Shown here: positions 1-6,805 of the stretch, in pieces | How the letters are laid out: the number at the start of each line of letters is the position of its first letter | Position numbering within the stretch: the first letter of the stretch is position 1 | DNA from: a virus | Taxonomy: Duplodnaviria; Heunggongvirae; Uroviricota; Caudoviricetes | Length of the DNA: 12,453 bases | IMG/VR virus record: IMGVR_UViG_2526164669_000031 | Strand: one strand, 5' to 3' | The notes under the pieces: model-generated | What the model saw: the letters and a program-made list of their open reading frames with translations, nothing else | What the model was told of the DNA's origin: nothing | Databases searched by the model: none | Position numbers and translations under genes: made by a program

Positions 1-1260
1 ATGAAGCTCAACGCCAGACAGGTCGAGACCGCAAAGCCAAAAGACAAAACCTACAAAATGGCCGATGGTGGTGGTTTGTATCTTGAGGTTTCGGCCAAAG
101 GTTCCAAATACTGGCGCATGAAATACAGACGTCCCTCTGACAAAAAAGAGGATCGTCTCGCCTTTGGTGTTTGGCCTACTGTGACGCTTGCTCAGGCAAG
201 AGCAAAACGCGATGAAGCTAAAAAGCTTTTAGTACAGGGCATAGACCCAAAAGTCGTACAAAAAGAAGCTCAGGCCGAGAATTCGGGGGCATATACTTTT
301 GAAACTATCGCCCGAGAATGGCATGCCAGTAACAAGCGCTGGAGTGAAGACCATCGAGCGCGCGTTCTTCGCTATCTTGAGCTTTATATCTTCCCTCATA
401 TCGGTTCGTCCGACATTCGGCAGCTTAAAACCAGCCACCTGTTAGCCCCGATTAAAAAAGTTGATGCCAGTGGCAAACACGATGTCGCTCAGCGCCTGCA
501 ACAGCGCGTCACAGCCATTATGCGTTATGCCGTACAGAACGATTACATCGACTCAAATCCAGCCAGCGATATGGCTGGTGCACTATCGACAACCAAAGCG
601 CGCCATTATCCTGCTTTACCTTCTAGCCGGTTCCCTGAGTTTCTTGCACGTCTTGCTGCATATCGTGGTCGCGTAATGACGCGGATTGCGGTTGAGCTTT
701 CCTTACTAACTTTTGTGCGTTCCAGTGAGTTACGTTTCGCGCGTTGGGATGAGTTTGATTTCGATAAATCTCTCTGGCGAGTACCTGCAAAACGAGAAGA
801 AATTAAAGGAGTGCGTTATTCGTACCGTGGCATGAAGATGAAAGAAGAGCATATCGTTCCGCTTAGTCGGCAAGCGATGATTTTGCTAAACCAGTTAAAG
901 CAGATTAGTGGTGATAAAGAACTGCTTTTTCCGGGGGATCATGACGCAACTAAGGTTATGAGTGAAAATACAGTAAATAGCGCATTGCGTGCGATGGGCT
1001 ATGACACGAAAACCGAAGTTTGCGGGCACGGGTTTAGAACGATGGCGCGTGGAGCATTAGGGGAATCAGGCTTATGGAGTGATGATGCGATTGAACGTCA
1101 GCTAAGTCACTCAGAACGTAATAATGTACGTGCTGCTTATATTCATACATCTGAGCATTTAGACGAAAGGCGTTTAATGATACAGTGGTGGGCAGATTAT
1201 TTAGATAGAAATAAGAAAGAAAGTATTACACCATATGATTTTGCTAGACAACTTAAATAG
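1..1260 (+). CDS. int: Tyrosine recombinase, P4-type integrase
   Basis: 419-aa ORF. The N-terminus (AKPKDKTYKMADGGGLYLEV...KYWRMKYR) is typical of P4-family integrase arm-binding domains. The C-terminus has HGFR and RAAYIH motifs consistent with the tyrosine recombinase catalytic H-x-x-R and Y. ATG at position 1, stop TAG at 1258-1260. Confidence 0.9.
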   Translation: MKLNARQVETAKPKDKTYKMADGGGLYLEVSAKGSKYWRMKYRRPSDKKEDRLAFGVWPTVTLAQARAKRDEAKKLLVQGIDPKVVQKEAQAENSGAYTFETIAREWHASNKRWSEDHRARVLRYLELYIFPHIGSSDIRQLKTSHLLAPIKKVDASGKHDVAQRLQQRVTAIMRYAVQNDYIDSNPASDMAGALSTTKARHYPALPSSRFPEFLARLAAYRGRVMTRIAVELSLLTFVRSSELRFARWDEFDFDKSLWRVPAKREEIKGVRYSYRGMKMKEEHIVPLSRQAMILLNQLKQISGDKELLFPGDHDATKVMSENTVNSALRAMGYDTKTEVCGHGFRTMARGALGESGLWSDDAIERQLSHSERNNVRAAYIHTSEHLDERRLMIQWWADYLDRNKKESITPYDFARQLK

Positions 1261-1266
1261 TATTTT

Positions 1267-1304
1267 AACCTAGCCAGAATTTTTGTAGTCTCGCTGGCTA
1301 GGTT
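1267..1304. terminator. Inverted repeat (11-bp arms AACCTAGCCAG / CTGGCTAGGTT, 16-nt loop) between convergent int and cargo genes; possible bidirectional terminator
   Basis: Arms at 1267-1277 and 1294-1304 are perfect reverse complements. It lies in the 54-bp gap between the int stop (1260) and the stop of the minus-strand gene (1315). There is no clean U-run on either side, so terminator function is uncertain. Confidence 0.35.
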
Positions 1305-1314
1305 AATTTAAAAG

Positions 1315-1899
1315 CTAATCATTCACATCAAGAGTTAAGAGTGCGTGCATTCTTTTAACAATCATAATGATATTCAAAATTAAATGTACGCAAACATATA
1401 TTATGAGTGGGCATAAAAAATAGTATAACACATTTAATTTTAGAGTTGTGTTTATTATGCTGACATAATATTCATGTGTTTTGCCGTAAAAGAATCCTGA
1501 TTGATTGACAGGAAACAGTGATACTATAAAACACAACACGACTAACAAAACTCCACATAAAATTGAATAACAAATGTTATAATAAAGTTCAGTGAGTAAT
1601 GCTTTCTTTGATTCATAGAATGTATCAATATCTTTTCTTTGTCTTATTTTTGATTCTTGATCATATACTAAAACAAGAACGCTAAGCAGTAATGCTGTTA
1701 GTATTGCACTGAAATTAACTAATAATGATATTAAATCTTTTGTTATACCACTTCCTAGGAGTGAGAATGCGGCAGAAATAATAAATGGTAGTATTATGAA
1801 TGTAAATATATCCCATAAACTGATCTTATTAGTGTCAGCATTTTTTAAAGTTCTGAAGTGGCCTATAAGAACTTCGCATATATTTATCTTTGAACTCAT
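1315..1899 (-). CDS. Hypothetical integral membrane protein (194 aa, about 4 predicted TM helices); second gene of the AT-rich cargo cassette
   Basis: Four hydrophobic segments of about 20-25 aa (approx. residues 28-50, 56-78, 105-128, 155-180) separated by charged loops. The ATG at 1899..1897 overlaps the upstream gene's stop as TAATG. An SD-like AAGGAGAG lies 5-6 nt upstream. Stop TAG at 1317..1315. Visibly AT-rich relative to the P4 backbone. Confidence 0.7.
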   Translation of the reverse strand: MSSKINICEVLIGHFRTLKNADTNKISLWDIFTFIILPFIISAAFSLLGSGITKDLISLLVNFSAILTALLLSVLVLVYDQESKIRQRKDIDTFYESKKALLTELYYNICYSILCGVLLVVLCFIVSLFPVNQSGFFYGKTHEYYVSIINTTLKLNVLYYFLCPLIIYVCVHLILNIIMIVKRMHALLTLDVND

Positions 1900-2825
1900 T
1901 ACGCTCTCCTTATAGTAACACCACGATATAACAACTGTATATATTCCATGATAATAACATCAACAAAATTATTTAGTGATGCTATTTCCGGCATGCCATC
2001 ATAAAAAACAACTTGTTCTTCATCAAATAAAATTTCACATACAGCTCCCCTTGCTGTTGTTCCAATATGAAAAGTTCTTTTTCTGCCATTATCTAATTCA
2101 ACAACTGTTTTTACTGTTTCTCCATATTCTTTAAGGACTTCAACGAGTTGATATTGCTCCGAGCCTCTGGAGAAATAGTCTCGAAGTCTTCCAAGTCCTG
2201 CATTTCGAGGCGGTTTGATAATTAATTCTTGCTCGTTATGGCCTAGCTTTTTGGCTTGTTCAGCTACATCTGTAATGCCATGGAATTTAGTTACCTTGAT
2301 TTCTTTGGTAATGGCATCCATCCATTTTTCAATCGCTTTATCATACGCCAGAGGGTTCATTTGAATCACTAAGTTGGTAATCCTCTTGAAATAATCTGAA
2401 AACAATCTCATAAAAAGAGTTTTTATACCATCACCTCTATAGGTATGTAAAAACGCCATGCCTTCATTTACATCTCTAGGAATATAAAAATGTATGTAAT
2501 ATCTAATTATTTCAGCATTGTTTTTTGTCTTTTCGAAGTCTACATCGCCAGTTTCAATGTTTATTATGTCGGTCTTTGTTCCGTAATATCCAGACTCGAA
2601 CCATCCATATATTTCTCGATTGTTGTTATCGCGTGTAATCTCATTAAAACGAAAAACTTGTTTGGTTTCTTCAGAAAGGATATATTCTTCATTATACTGC
2701 TTAATAAATTCATCGAGTATATCAAGTAAATCATGTTCTCTGATGTTACTCAGTGCTGAATAACGTTGTTCTTTGGCTGCGTTCGGATTGTAGCAGCGGA
2801 AAAGATACGGTGCTAAAGCGTGCAT
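1899..2825 (-). CDS. Hypothetical soluble protein (308 aa), first gene of the AT-rich cargo cassette; function unknown
   Basis: Long uninterrupted ORF in an AT-rich region where random ORFs are rare. Strong SD (AAGGAGAT) 5-6 nt upstream of the ATG at 2825. Translationally coupled to the downstream membrane-protein gene. I see no Walker A or other clear catalytic motif. Confidence 0.75.
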   Translation of the reverse strand: MHALAPYLFRCYNPNAAKEQRYSALSNIREHDLLDILDEFIKQYNEEYILSEETKQVFRFNEITRDNNNREIYGWFESGYYGTKTDIINIETGDVDFEKTKNNAEIIRYYIHFYIPRDVNEGMAFLHTYRGDGIKTLFMRLFSDYFKRITNLVIQMNPLAYDKAIEKWMDAITKEIKVTKFHGITDVAEQAKKLGHNEQELIIKPPRNAGLGRLRDYFSRGSEQYQLVEVLKEYGETVKTVVELDNGRKRTFHIGTTARGAVCEILFDEEQVVFYDGMPEIASLNNFVDVIIMEYIQLLYRGVTIRRA

Positions 2826-3059
2826 TGTTATCTCCTTTTTTAATGGAGATTAGCAACTTATCACTATAAGATCAACGAACGTTCAATATGGAAAGGGATA
2901 ATTCTGCTTGGTATTTTTCTTTTAATAATATTGGGGTGCTTTAGTGCGATATTTTGATGATTAGTGTGTGTTCGGCAGTAGAAGCTATCCATAGGCAGTG
3001 ATGTTTCTGCATATAGAATGTTTTAATTATCAAACACATAATTTTCGATTGCGCGCGCA

Positions 3060-3078
3060 GTGCTTTCCCCGCCTCGCC
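3060..3078. other. cos site: P2/P4-type 19-nt cohesive-end sequence
   Basis: GTGCTTTCCCCGCCTCGCC at 3060-3078 is the exact reverse complement of the P2/P4 cohesive end GGCGAGGCGGGGAAAGCAC as I recall it. It is followed by a GC-rich hairpin (CCGCCC...GGGCGG, 3078-3097) and a T-run. Confidence 0.7.
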
Positions 3079-3180
3079 CGCCCGCTTTGCAGGGCGGTTT
3101 TAATGCAGTTGCACAGTCACGCTCAGGCTGCGCCGGGAATGGCGCGGTCTGCAGAGAATGAGGCAGGAAAACGCATGCAA

Positions 3181-3213
3181 AGCCATGCACCTTATCGATG
3201 CATGGCTTTTTTC
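3181..3213 (+). terminator. Hairpin plus T-run (intrinsic-terminator-like) between cos and the 3' end of psu
   Basis: Arms AGCCATGCA (3181-3189) and TGCATGGCT (3199-3207) with a 9-nt loop, followed by TTTTTT on the plus strand. The orientation fits a plus-strand terminator better than a terminator for psu. Confidence 0.4.
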
Positions 3214-3242
3214 AGTAAAAACGGGCGGATTTTCGGGGAATT

Positions 3243-3815
3243 TTACACAGACTGACGTGATGCCAGTTGCGCACTTTTACGCGAAAAAATCATGTTCTGC
3301 GCAGGAGTGAATTTTTCACGGCTGTCATCCACCGAAGCCGCGTCAGGCCTGAATCCGATGGTCGTTAAAATGTCGCTATCCTGTGCGGAATAATTAATTT
3401 TTTCCCCCTTCGCAAGCCAGGACAGAAGGGCTTCACGCAGGGCATCTGTGGCACGCTGTATGGCACAGTTTCGGGCAATGGCCGTCAGCTCACTGTAGCC
3501 CATCAGCTCCGCTGCCAGTGCCGCCGCCAGTGCTGTGCCGTGCTGCTGCATAAAATCATTCAGCCGGTCGCGGATGCTGATGTGCTGAACGGCTTCATGC
3601 GAACGAATATAACGACCGGCGGCCTGATTCACCTGCCATTTTCTGACTTCGATAATATTGCGTAATTCGTCCAGGCGACTGACGTTTCTGCCTTCTCCTG
3701 ACAGAAGCCGCAGATATTCCTGTTCGGCCGCAGCCAGCTCATTTTTGCGTTGCAGCCATGCTGCTTTGTTATTCTGACAGGTGTCAAAGGCCTGCTGTAA
3801 GGCTGTGCTTTCCAT
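3243..3815 (-). CDS. psu: Psu (polarity suppression / capsid decoration protein), P4-like
   Basis: 190 aa, the length I recall for P4 Psu. Position is immediately downstream of delta in the sid-delta-psu operon. ATG at 3815..3813. Confidence 0.85.
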   Translation of the reverse strand: MESTALQQAFDTCQNNKAAWLQRKNELAAAEQEYLRLLSGEGRNVSRLDELRNIIEVRKWQVNQAAGRYIRSHEAVQHISIRDRLNDFMQQHGTALAAALAAELMGYSELTAIARNCAIQRATDALREALLSWLAKGEKINYSAQDSDILTTIGFRPDAASVDDSREKFTPAQNMIFSRKSAQLASRQSV

Positions 3816-3888
3816 CGTTATCTCTTTCTCATCATGCTGAAGAATAAAAATACGGTGTGTGGCGACGGCCGGTGTTAACCGGCAGCCC

Positions 3889-4389
3889 TCATTCCAGACG
3901 CAGCGAATATGATTGTGTTTTTAACCGTACTGGCGGCAGTTCCTGTTTTTCATGCAGGCGTTCTGCCAGTTCGTCCGGCGTGACCGGGCGGACAATGAAG
4001 CGGGTGATGGTCTGAAGCGTTTTAAACACCAGACCACAGCCCGGATCCGTGCACACATAAAAACGCTCGGTGACTTCCTGAGACAGACGCCGCGATGTTC
4101 TTGACAGTGCAAGGCCTTTACATCTCCGACAACAATATCCGGTAACAAGCATTCTTTTCGGCCGTTTCATACTGCCGGAGGCCGACGTCAGTGAATCGCG
4201 GTATCTCTGTTTGCCTGAAATGTATTCCATTCCTGAATCTTTACTGTCAGAGAAAAAGCTTTCACTCGCTTCAAATGTCGCAGAGCAATAAATATTCCGG
4301 CACTGTGCAATCATTATCTTGGTGCCATCGTCCATGAAATGTGCGCGACGGGTGTGAGCAACATGTCCACACGACGGGCAGTAAATCAT
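3889..4389 (-). CDS. delta: Delta, late-gene transcriptional activator (tandem Ogr-like zinc-finger domains)
   Basis: 166 aa. Two Cys4 zinc-finger modules are visible (CPSCG...CRNIYC and CCRRC...CTDPGCG). The ATG overlaps the sid stop as ATGA at 4386-4389. Confidence 0.9.
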   Translation of the reverse strand: MIYCPSCGHVAHTRRAHFMDDGTKIMIAQCRNIYCSATFEASESFFSDSKDSGMEYISGKQRYRDSLTSASGSMKRPKRMLVTGYCCRRCKGLALSRTSRRLSQEVTERFYVCTDPGCGLVFKTLQTITRFIVRPVTPDELAERLHEKQELPPVRLKTQSYSLRLE

Positions 4390-5120
4390 GACAGCAGTCC
4401 TCTGGCCTTAAGCTCTGCTCCCTGCTGGTCTATTTTGTCCTGCCACACCTTGCGCTGTGCCGGTGTGCCTGCCACCTCATAATCCATGTGCGGGAGTGTT
4501 GCCGCTGACAGTCCGGCCAGCCGGAGAACCGGCTCGCCGGTGAGGCTGATTTGCATCTGTTTAATTTTCTGTTCCAGCGATGATTTCACCTGCTGCATGA
4601 CAGCCTTATCGGGTGCGACGTAGCCCTGATGGCCGGTGGTGTTGGCGAGCGGATTTTCCTGTACCAGGATTCTCAGATGCATTGCCCGGACAAGCGCCTC
4701 ACAGGTTTCATTCAGGGCGTGTTCCAGCTCATGCTCTGCATACAGACTCAGAAGGTGATGATGTGCCTTCCGGTAGGCGGTGGCCGTGCTGTCACACGCC
4801 CCTTTCAGGCGTTCACGTTCGAAATTCAGCACCACGGCCAGATTGTCATATTCCTGTACCAGCTCCCGGCGTGCCACGCGCTCAATGTGGCGCTGTTTCA
4901 GCTCGTCGCTCAGGACACCACCGGCTGCACGAAAGGCCGTGCGCCAGTCGTCAGCGTCATTTCCGTCGGCCTGCGCCAGCGCATTTTTTTCCTGCTCTGC
5001 CCGTTCAATGGCCGTGACGGTCTCATCCATCAGGCGGGCGTTCTCAAGGTGGGCGGCTCTGGCCTTTTCCAGTTGTGCCAGTGCGGGTTGCAGATATTCA
5101 GGGATGGTGTTGTCAGACAT
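4386..5120 (-). CDS. sid: Sid (capsid size determination external scaffold), P4-like
   Basis: The track ORF 4386..5138 begins with a GTG. The in-frame ATG at 5120..5118 (MSDNTIPEYLQ...) gives 244 aa, the recalled P4 Sid length, and has a GAGGAG SD 7 nt upstream. The protein is coiled-coil rich and is the first gene downstream of the late-promoter motifs. Confidence 0.85.
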   Translation of the reverse strand: MSDNTIPEYLQPALAQLEKARAAHLENARLMDETVTAIERAEQEKNALAQADGNDADDWRTAFRAAGGVLSDELKQRHIERVARRELVQEYDNLAVVLNFERERLKGACDSTATAYRKAHHHLLSLYAEHELEHALNETCEALVRAMHLRILVQENPLANTTGHQGYVAPDKAVMQQVKSSLEQKIKQMQISLTGEPVLRLAGLSAATLPHMDYEVAGTPAQRKVWQDKIDQQGAELKARGLLS

Positions 5121-5154
5121 TTTCCGGCTCCTCGTCACTTCAGGTTAAGAAAAT

Positions 5155-5210
5155 TGTGACGTACACCGGACAACAACACGACGCATTGCAGATGTGCCAG
5201 CCCTGACACA
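5155..5210 (-). promoter_or_regulatory. Psid-like late promoter region with two TGT-N12-ACA activator (Delta/Ogr) sites
   Basis: Exact TGT-N12-ACA dyads at 5155-5172 and 5193-5210. Relative to a minus-strand start near 5146 they would be centred at about -18 and -55, the arrangement I recall for P4 late promoters. The sid ATG is at 5120. Confidence 0.6.
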
Positions 5211-5289
5211 GGAGACTCATCCTCAGACCGGCAAGCCAGGAAAAGGTCGCAGGAAAAACCGGCTTACTGTTTGTTTTTTTATGTTTTAC

Positions 5290-5393
5290 TGTTCACCTCT
5301 GTTCACCTTAATAAAAAAGATAAGTAATACAGTAAGTTAAAGGGTGAACAATCGCAGTAATGACTGTTCACCGTCTGTTCACCACTGTTCACC
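5290..5393. repeat. Iteron cluster (six copies of TGTTCACC/GGTGAACA); putative ori for the alpha protein
   Basis: TGTTCACC at 5290, 5300, 5365, 5376 and 5386, and inverted GGTGAACA at 5343. The same octamer recurs in the crr-like repeats downstream of alpha. The AT-rich tract 5400-5500 is adjacent. Confidence 0.7.
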
Positions 5394-5551
5394 CGTTGAT
5401 GGGCTTTTTATGCTGTTTATTACTGTTTATTTTTATTAATTAACTGAAATAAATAAGAAAAAACAATTTGCATTTCACTATAAAAAATTCCAGGTCCTTC
5501 AGAACCCTTTGAGACCCTTCCAGTCCGGATGGATAAAAAACACACAGCCAT

Positions 5552-5569
5552 TGTAAGGTTGCCGGAACA
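5552..5569 (+). promoter_or_regulatory. PLL-like late promoter activator site (TGT-N12-ACA) upstream of vis
   Basis: Exact TGT-N12-ACA at 5552-5569. It would be centred about 55 nt upstream of a plus-strand start near 5615, leaving a 57-nt leader to the vis ATG at 5672. Confidence 0.5.
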
Positions 5570-5671
5570 AATTCCCCCTGTTGCGTCTGCTGAAAATATT
5601 CACAAAATAAAGCGCTACCCGAAGCCGGACGGACTTATCCGGTGCTGTATGGACATTAACGAGGTAGCCCG

Positions 5672-5938
5672 ATGCAAGCTGTTTTTTCTTCCCCGTCTCC
5701 CGCCCCTGTTACGCCACTGATGCCGCTGCCGGACATCACGCAGGAGCGTTTTTTACGTCTGCCGGAAGTGATGCACCTGTGCGGCCTGTCACGCTCGACC
5801 ATCTATGAACTCATCCGTAAGGGGGAATTTCCGCCGCAGGTGAGTCTTGGCGGTAAAAATGTGGCCTGGCTGCACTCTGAAGTCACCGCATGGATGGCCG
5901 GACGCATTGCCGGACGCAAACGGGGGTACGACGCATGA
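5672..5938 (+). CDS. vis: AlpA/Vis-family small DNA-binding protein (excisionase-like late regulator)
   Basis: 88 aa. The C-terminal two-thirds ([47 protein letters not shown]) is a typical AlpA-family helix-turn-helix. GAGG SD 7 nt upstream of the ATG at 5672. An alternative in-frame start at 5720 would give 72 aa. Confidence 0.8.
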   Translation: MQAVFSSPSPAPVTPLMPLPDITQERFLRLPEVMHLCGLSRSTIYELIRKGEFPPQVSLGGKNVAWLHSEVTAWMAGRIAGRKRGYDA

Positions 5939-6066
5939 TGATGCCCGCTCTGCAAAAACGCCCTTTTTCTGGCTTGCCTTTTTCCGGCATTTGCGGATAT
6001 AGTTTTTCCGCTGCCGCAAAATCGGCAGCCGGGCGTGAGAACCCGTGTAACTCGAAGGCGACATAT

Positions 6067-6088
6067 GACGCGCCATGCGTCTTTTTTT
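6067..6088 (+). terminator. Intrinsic-terminator-like hairpin (GACGC-GCCAT-GCGTC followed by 7 T) in the immunity-like region
   Basis: 5-bp GC-rich stem at 6067-6071 / 6077-6081 with a 5-nt loop, then TTTTTTT at 6082-6088. It lies inside a long frame-1 ORF (5890-6525) of doubtful coding value. Confidence 0.4.
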
Positions 6089-6327
6089 GTGTCGCAATCA
6101 ACGCCACAGAGCGCCAGATTATGGTGTGGCGTGTGGTTTGCCGTGCAGGTATGATCCTGTTCGCAATCGCATGTTATGCCACTGAGTCAATGGTAGCTCA
6201 GGCGGGGCAGCCTCCGGGCTGGCCGGTATTCTTCGAGGCCGGTATTCTCACCCCCGTCTGGGCTATCGCCATCGAGCGTGAGAACTCCGGCGATAGCAGT
6301 TATTTGCTACTCGAAGGAGACTGCCTT

Positions 6328-6525
6328 ATGGCTACAACCCTTACCCCCTCACACCCTGAATTTGTCTTTGTGTTTGCGGCTGTCCGTCGCGCAGACCGTC
6401 ATCCCCGTATCTGTATGCTTCGCACCGTCGCCGGTGATGAACGCAGCGCCCGCCGTTCCCTTGTCCGTGACTATGTGCTCTCCCTTGCTGCCCGTCTGCC
6501 GGTGGTGGAGGTGTCCCGTGCGTAA
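6328..6525 (+). CDS. Hypothetical small protein (65 aa) immediately upstream of epsilon
   Basis: ATG at 6328 is preceded by a strong SD (AAGGAGA, 6314-6320). Its stop TAA at 6523-6525 overlaps the putative GTG start of the next gene. Confidence 0.35.
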   Translation: MATTLTPSHPEFVFVFAAVRRADRHPRICMLRTVAGDERSARRSLVRDYVLSLAARLPVVEVSRA

Positions 6526-6805
6526 TAAAAAAGCCCCTCAGACCGTCTCAGCGCGTCATGACGCCCGTGAACACCTCAGCATTGAGGCTTACCATAAGCT
6601 CAACCGCGCCAGCGCCGTATCCCGGTTTGTTGGGGGTGATTTGATTCACCGTGAACTCTCAGGCCTGCATCAGCTCTACATTCCGCATATTTTCAGCTAC
6701 CTGAATGAAGATATTGATTTTGTGCTGAATGAGCTGAAAGCCAAAGGCCTGTGCCGCGATTTTCTCGCCCAGCAGAAAGACCGGGGAGACAGGACGCATG
6801 TTTGA
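6518..6805 (+). CDS. Epsilon-like protein (candidate helper-prophage derepression factor), 95 aa from a GTG start
   Basis: GTG at 6518 with GGAGG 6 nt upstream gives 95 aa, the length I recall for P4 epsilon. The track ORF begins at an upstream GTG (6278) in the same frame. The stop overlaps the next gene's ATG (ATGTTTGA at 6798-6805). Confidence 0.5.
   Translation: MRNKKAPQTVSARHDAREHLSIEAYHKLNRASAVSRFVGGDLIHRELSGLHQLYIPHIFSYLNEDIDFVLNELKAKGLCRDFLAQQKDRGDRTHV

Noticed and set aside
229-676. ORFs 229..438 (-) and 461..676 (+) inside the integrase gene; 2490..2729 (+) inside the cargo gene; 2998..3255 (+) across cos
   Set aside because: They overlap better-supported CDSs or the cos region, are short, and have no SD.
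1315-2825. Assignment of the cargo cassette to Kiwa (KwaA/KwaB) or RexAB
   Set aside because: The sizes and the membrane/soluble pairing are similar, but as I recall Kiwa has the membrane protein first, whereas here the soluble protein comes first. I cannot confirm sequence similarity to RexA/RexB or KwaA/KwaB without a search, so the cassette is left unassigned.
4613-5159. Plus-strand ORFs overlapping sid (4613..5017, 4629..5159, 4780..5148) and the ORF 3921..4148 inside delta
   Set aside because: They lie antisense to or out of frame with strongly supported genes, with biased composition and no translation signals.
5529-5720. ORF 5529..5720 (+, 63 aa) upstream of vis
   Set aside because: It starts inside the putative PLL activator site and promoter and overlaps the vis start. 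It is more likely leader sequence than a gene.
5789-6107. Minus-strand ORFs 5789..6097 and 5883..6107, and the full 211-aa frame-1 ORF 5890..6525
   Set aside because: The region holds a terminator-like hairpin and several stem-loops and corresponds to the P4 immunity segment. The long ORFs are probably open frames over regulatory RNA sequence; only the SD-supported 65-aa segment (6328-6525) was kept, at low confidence.
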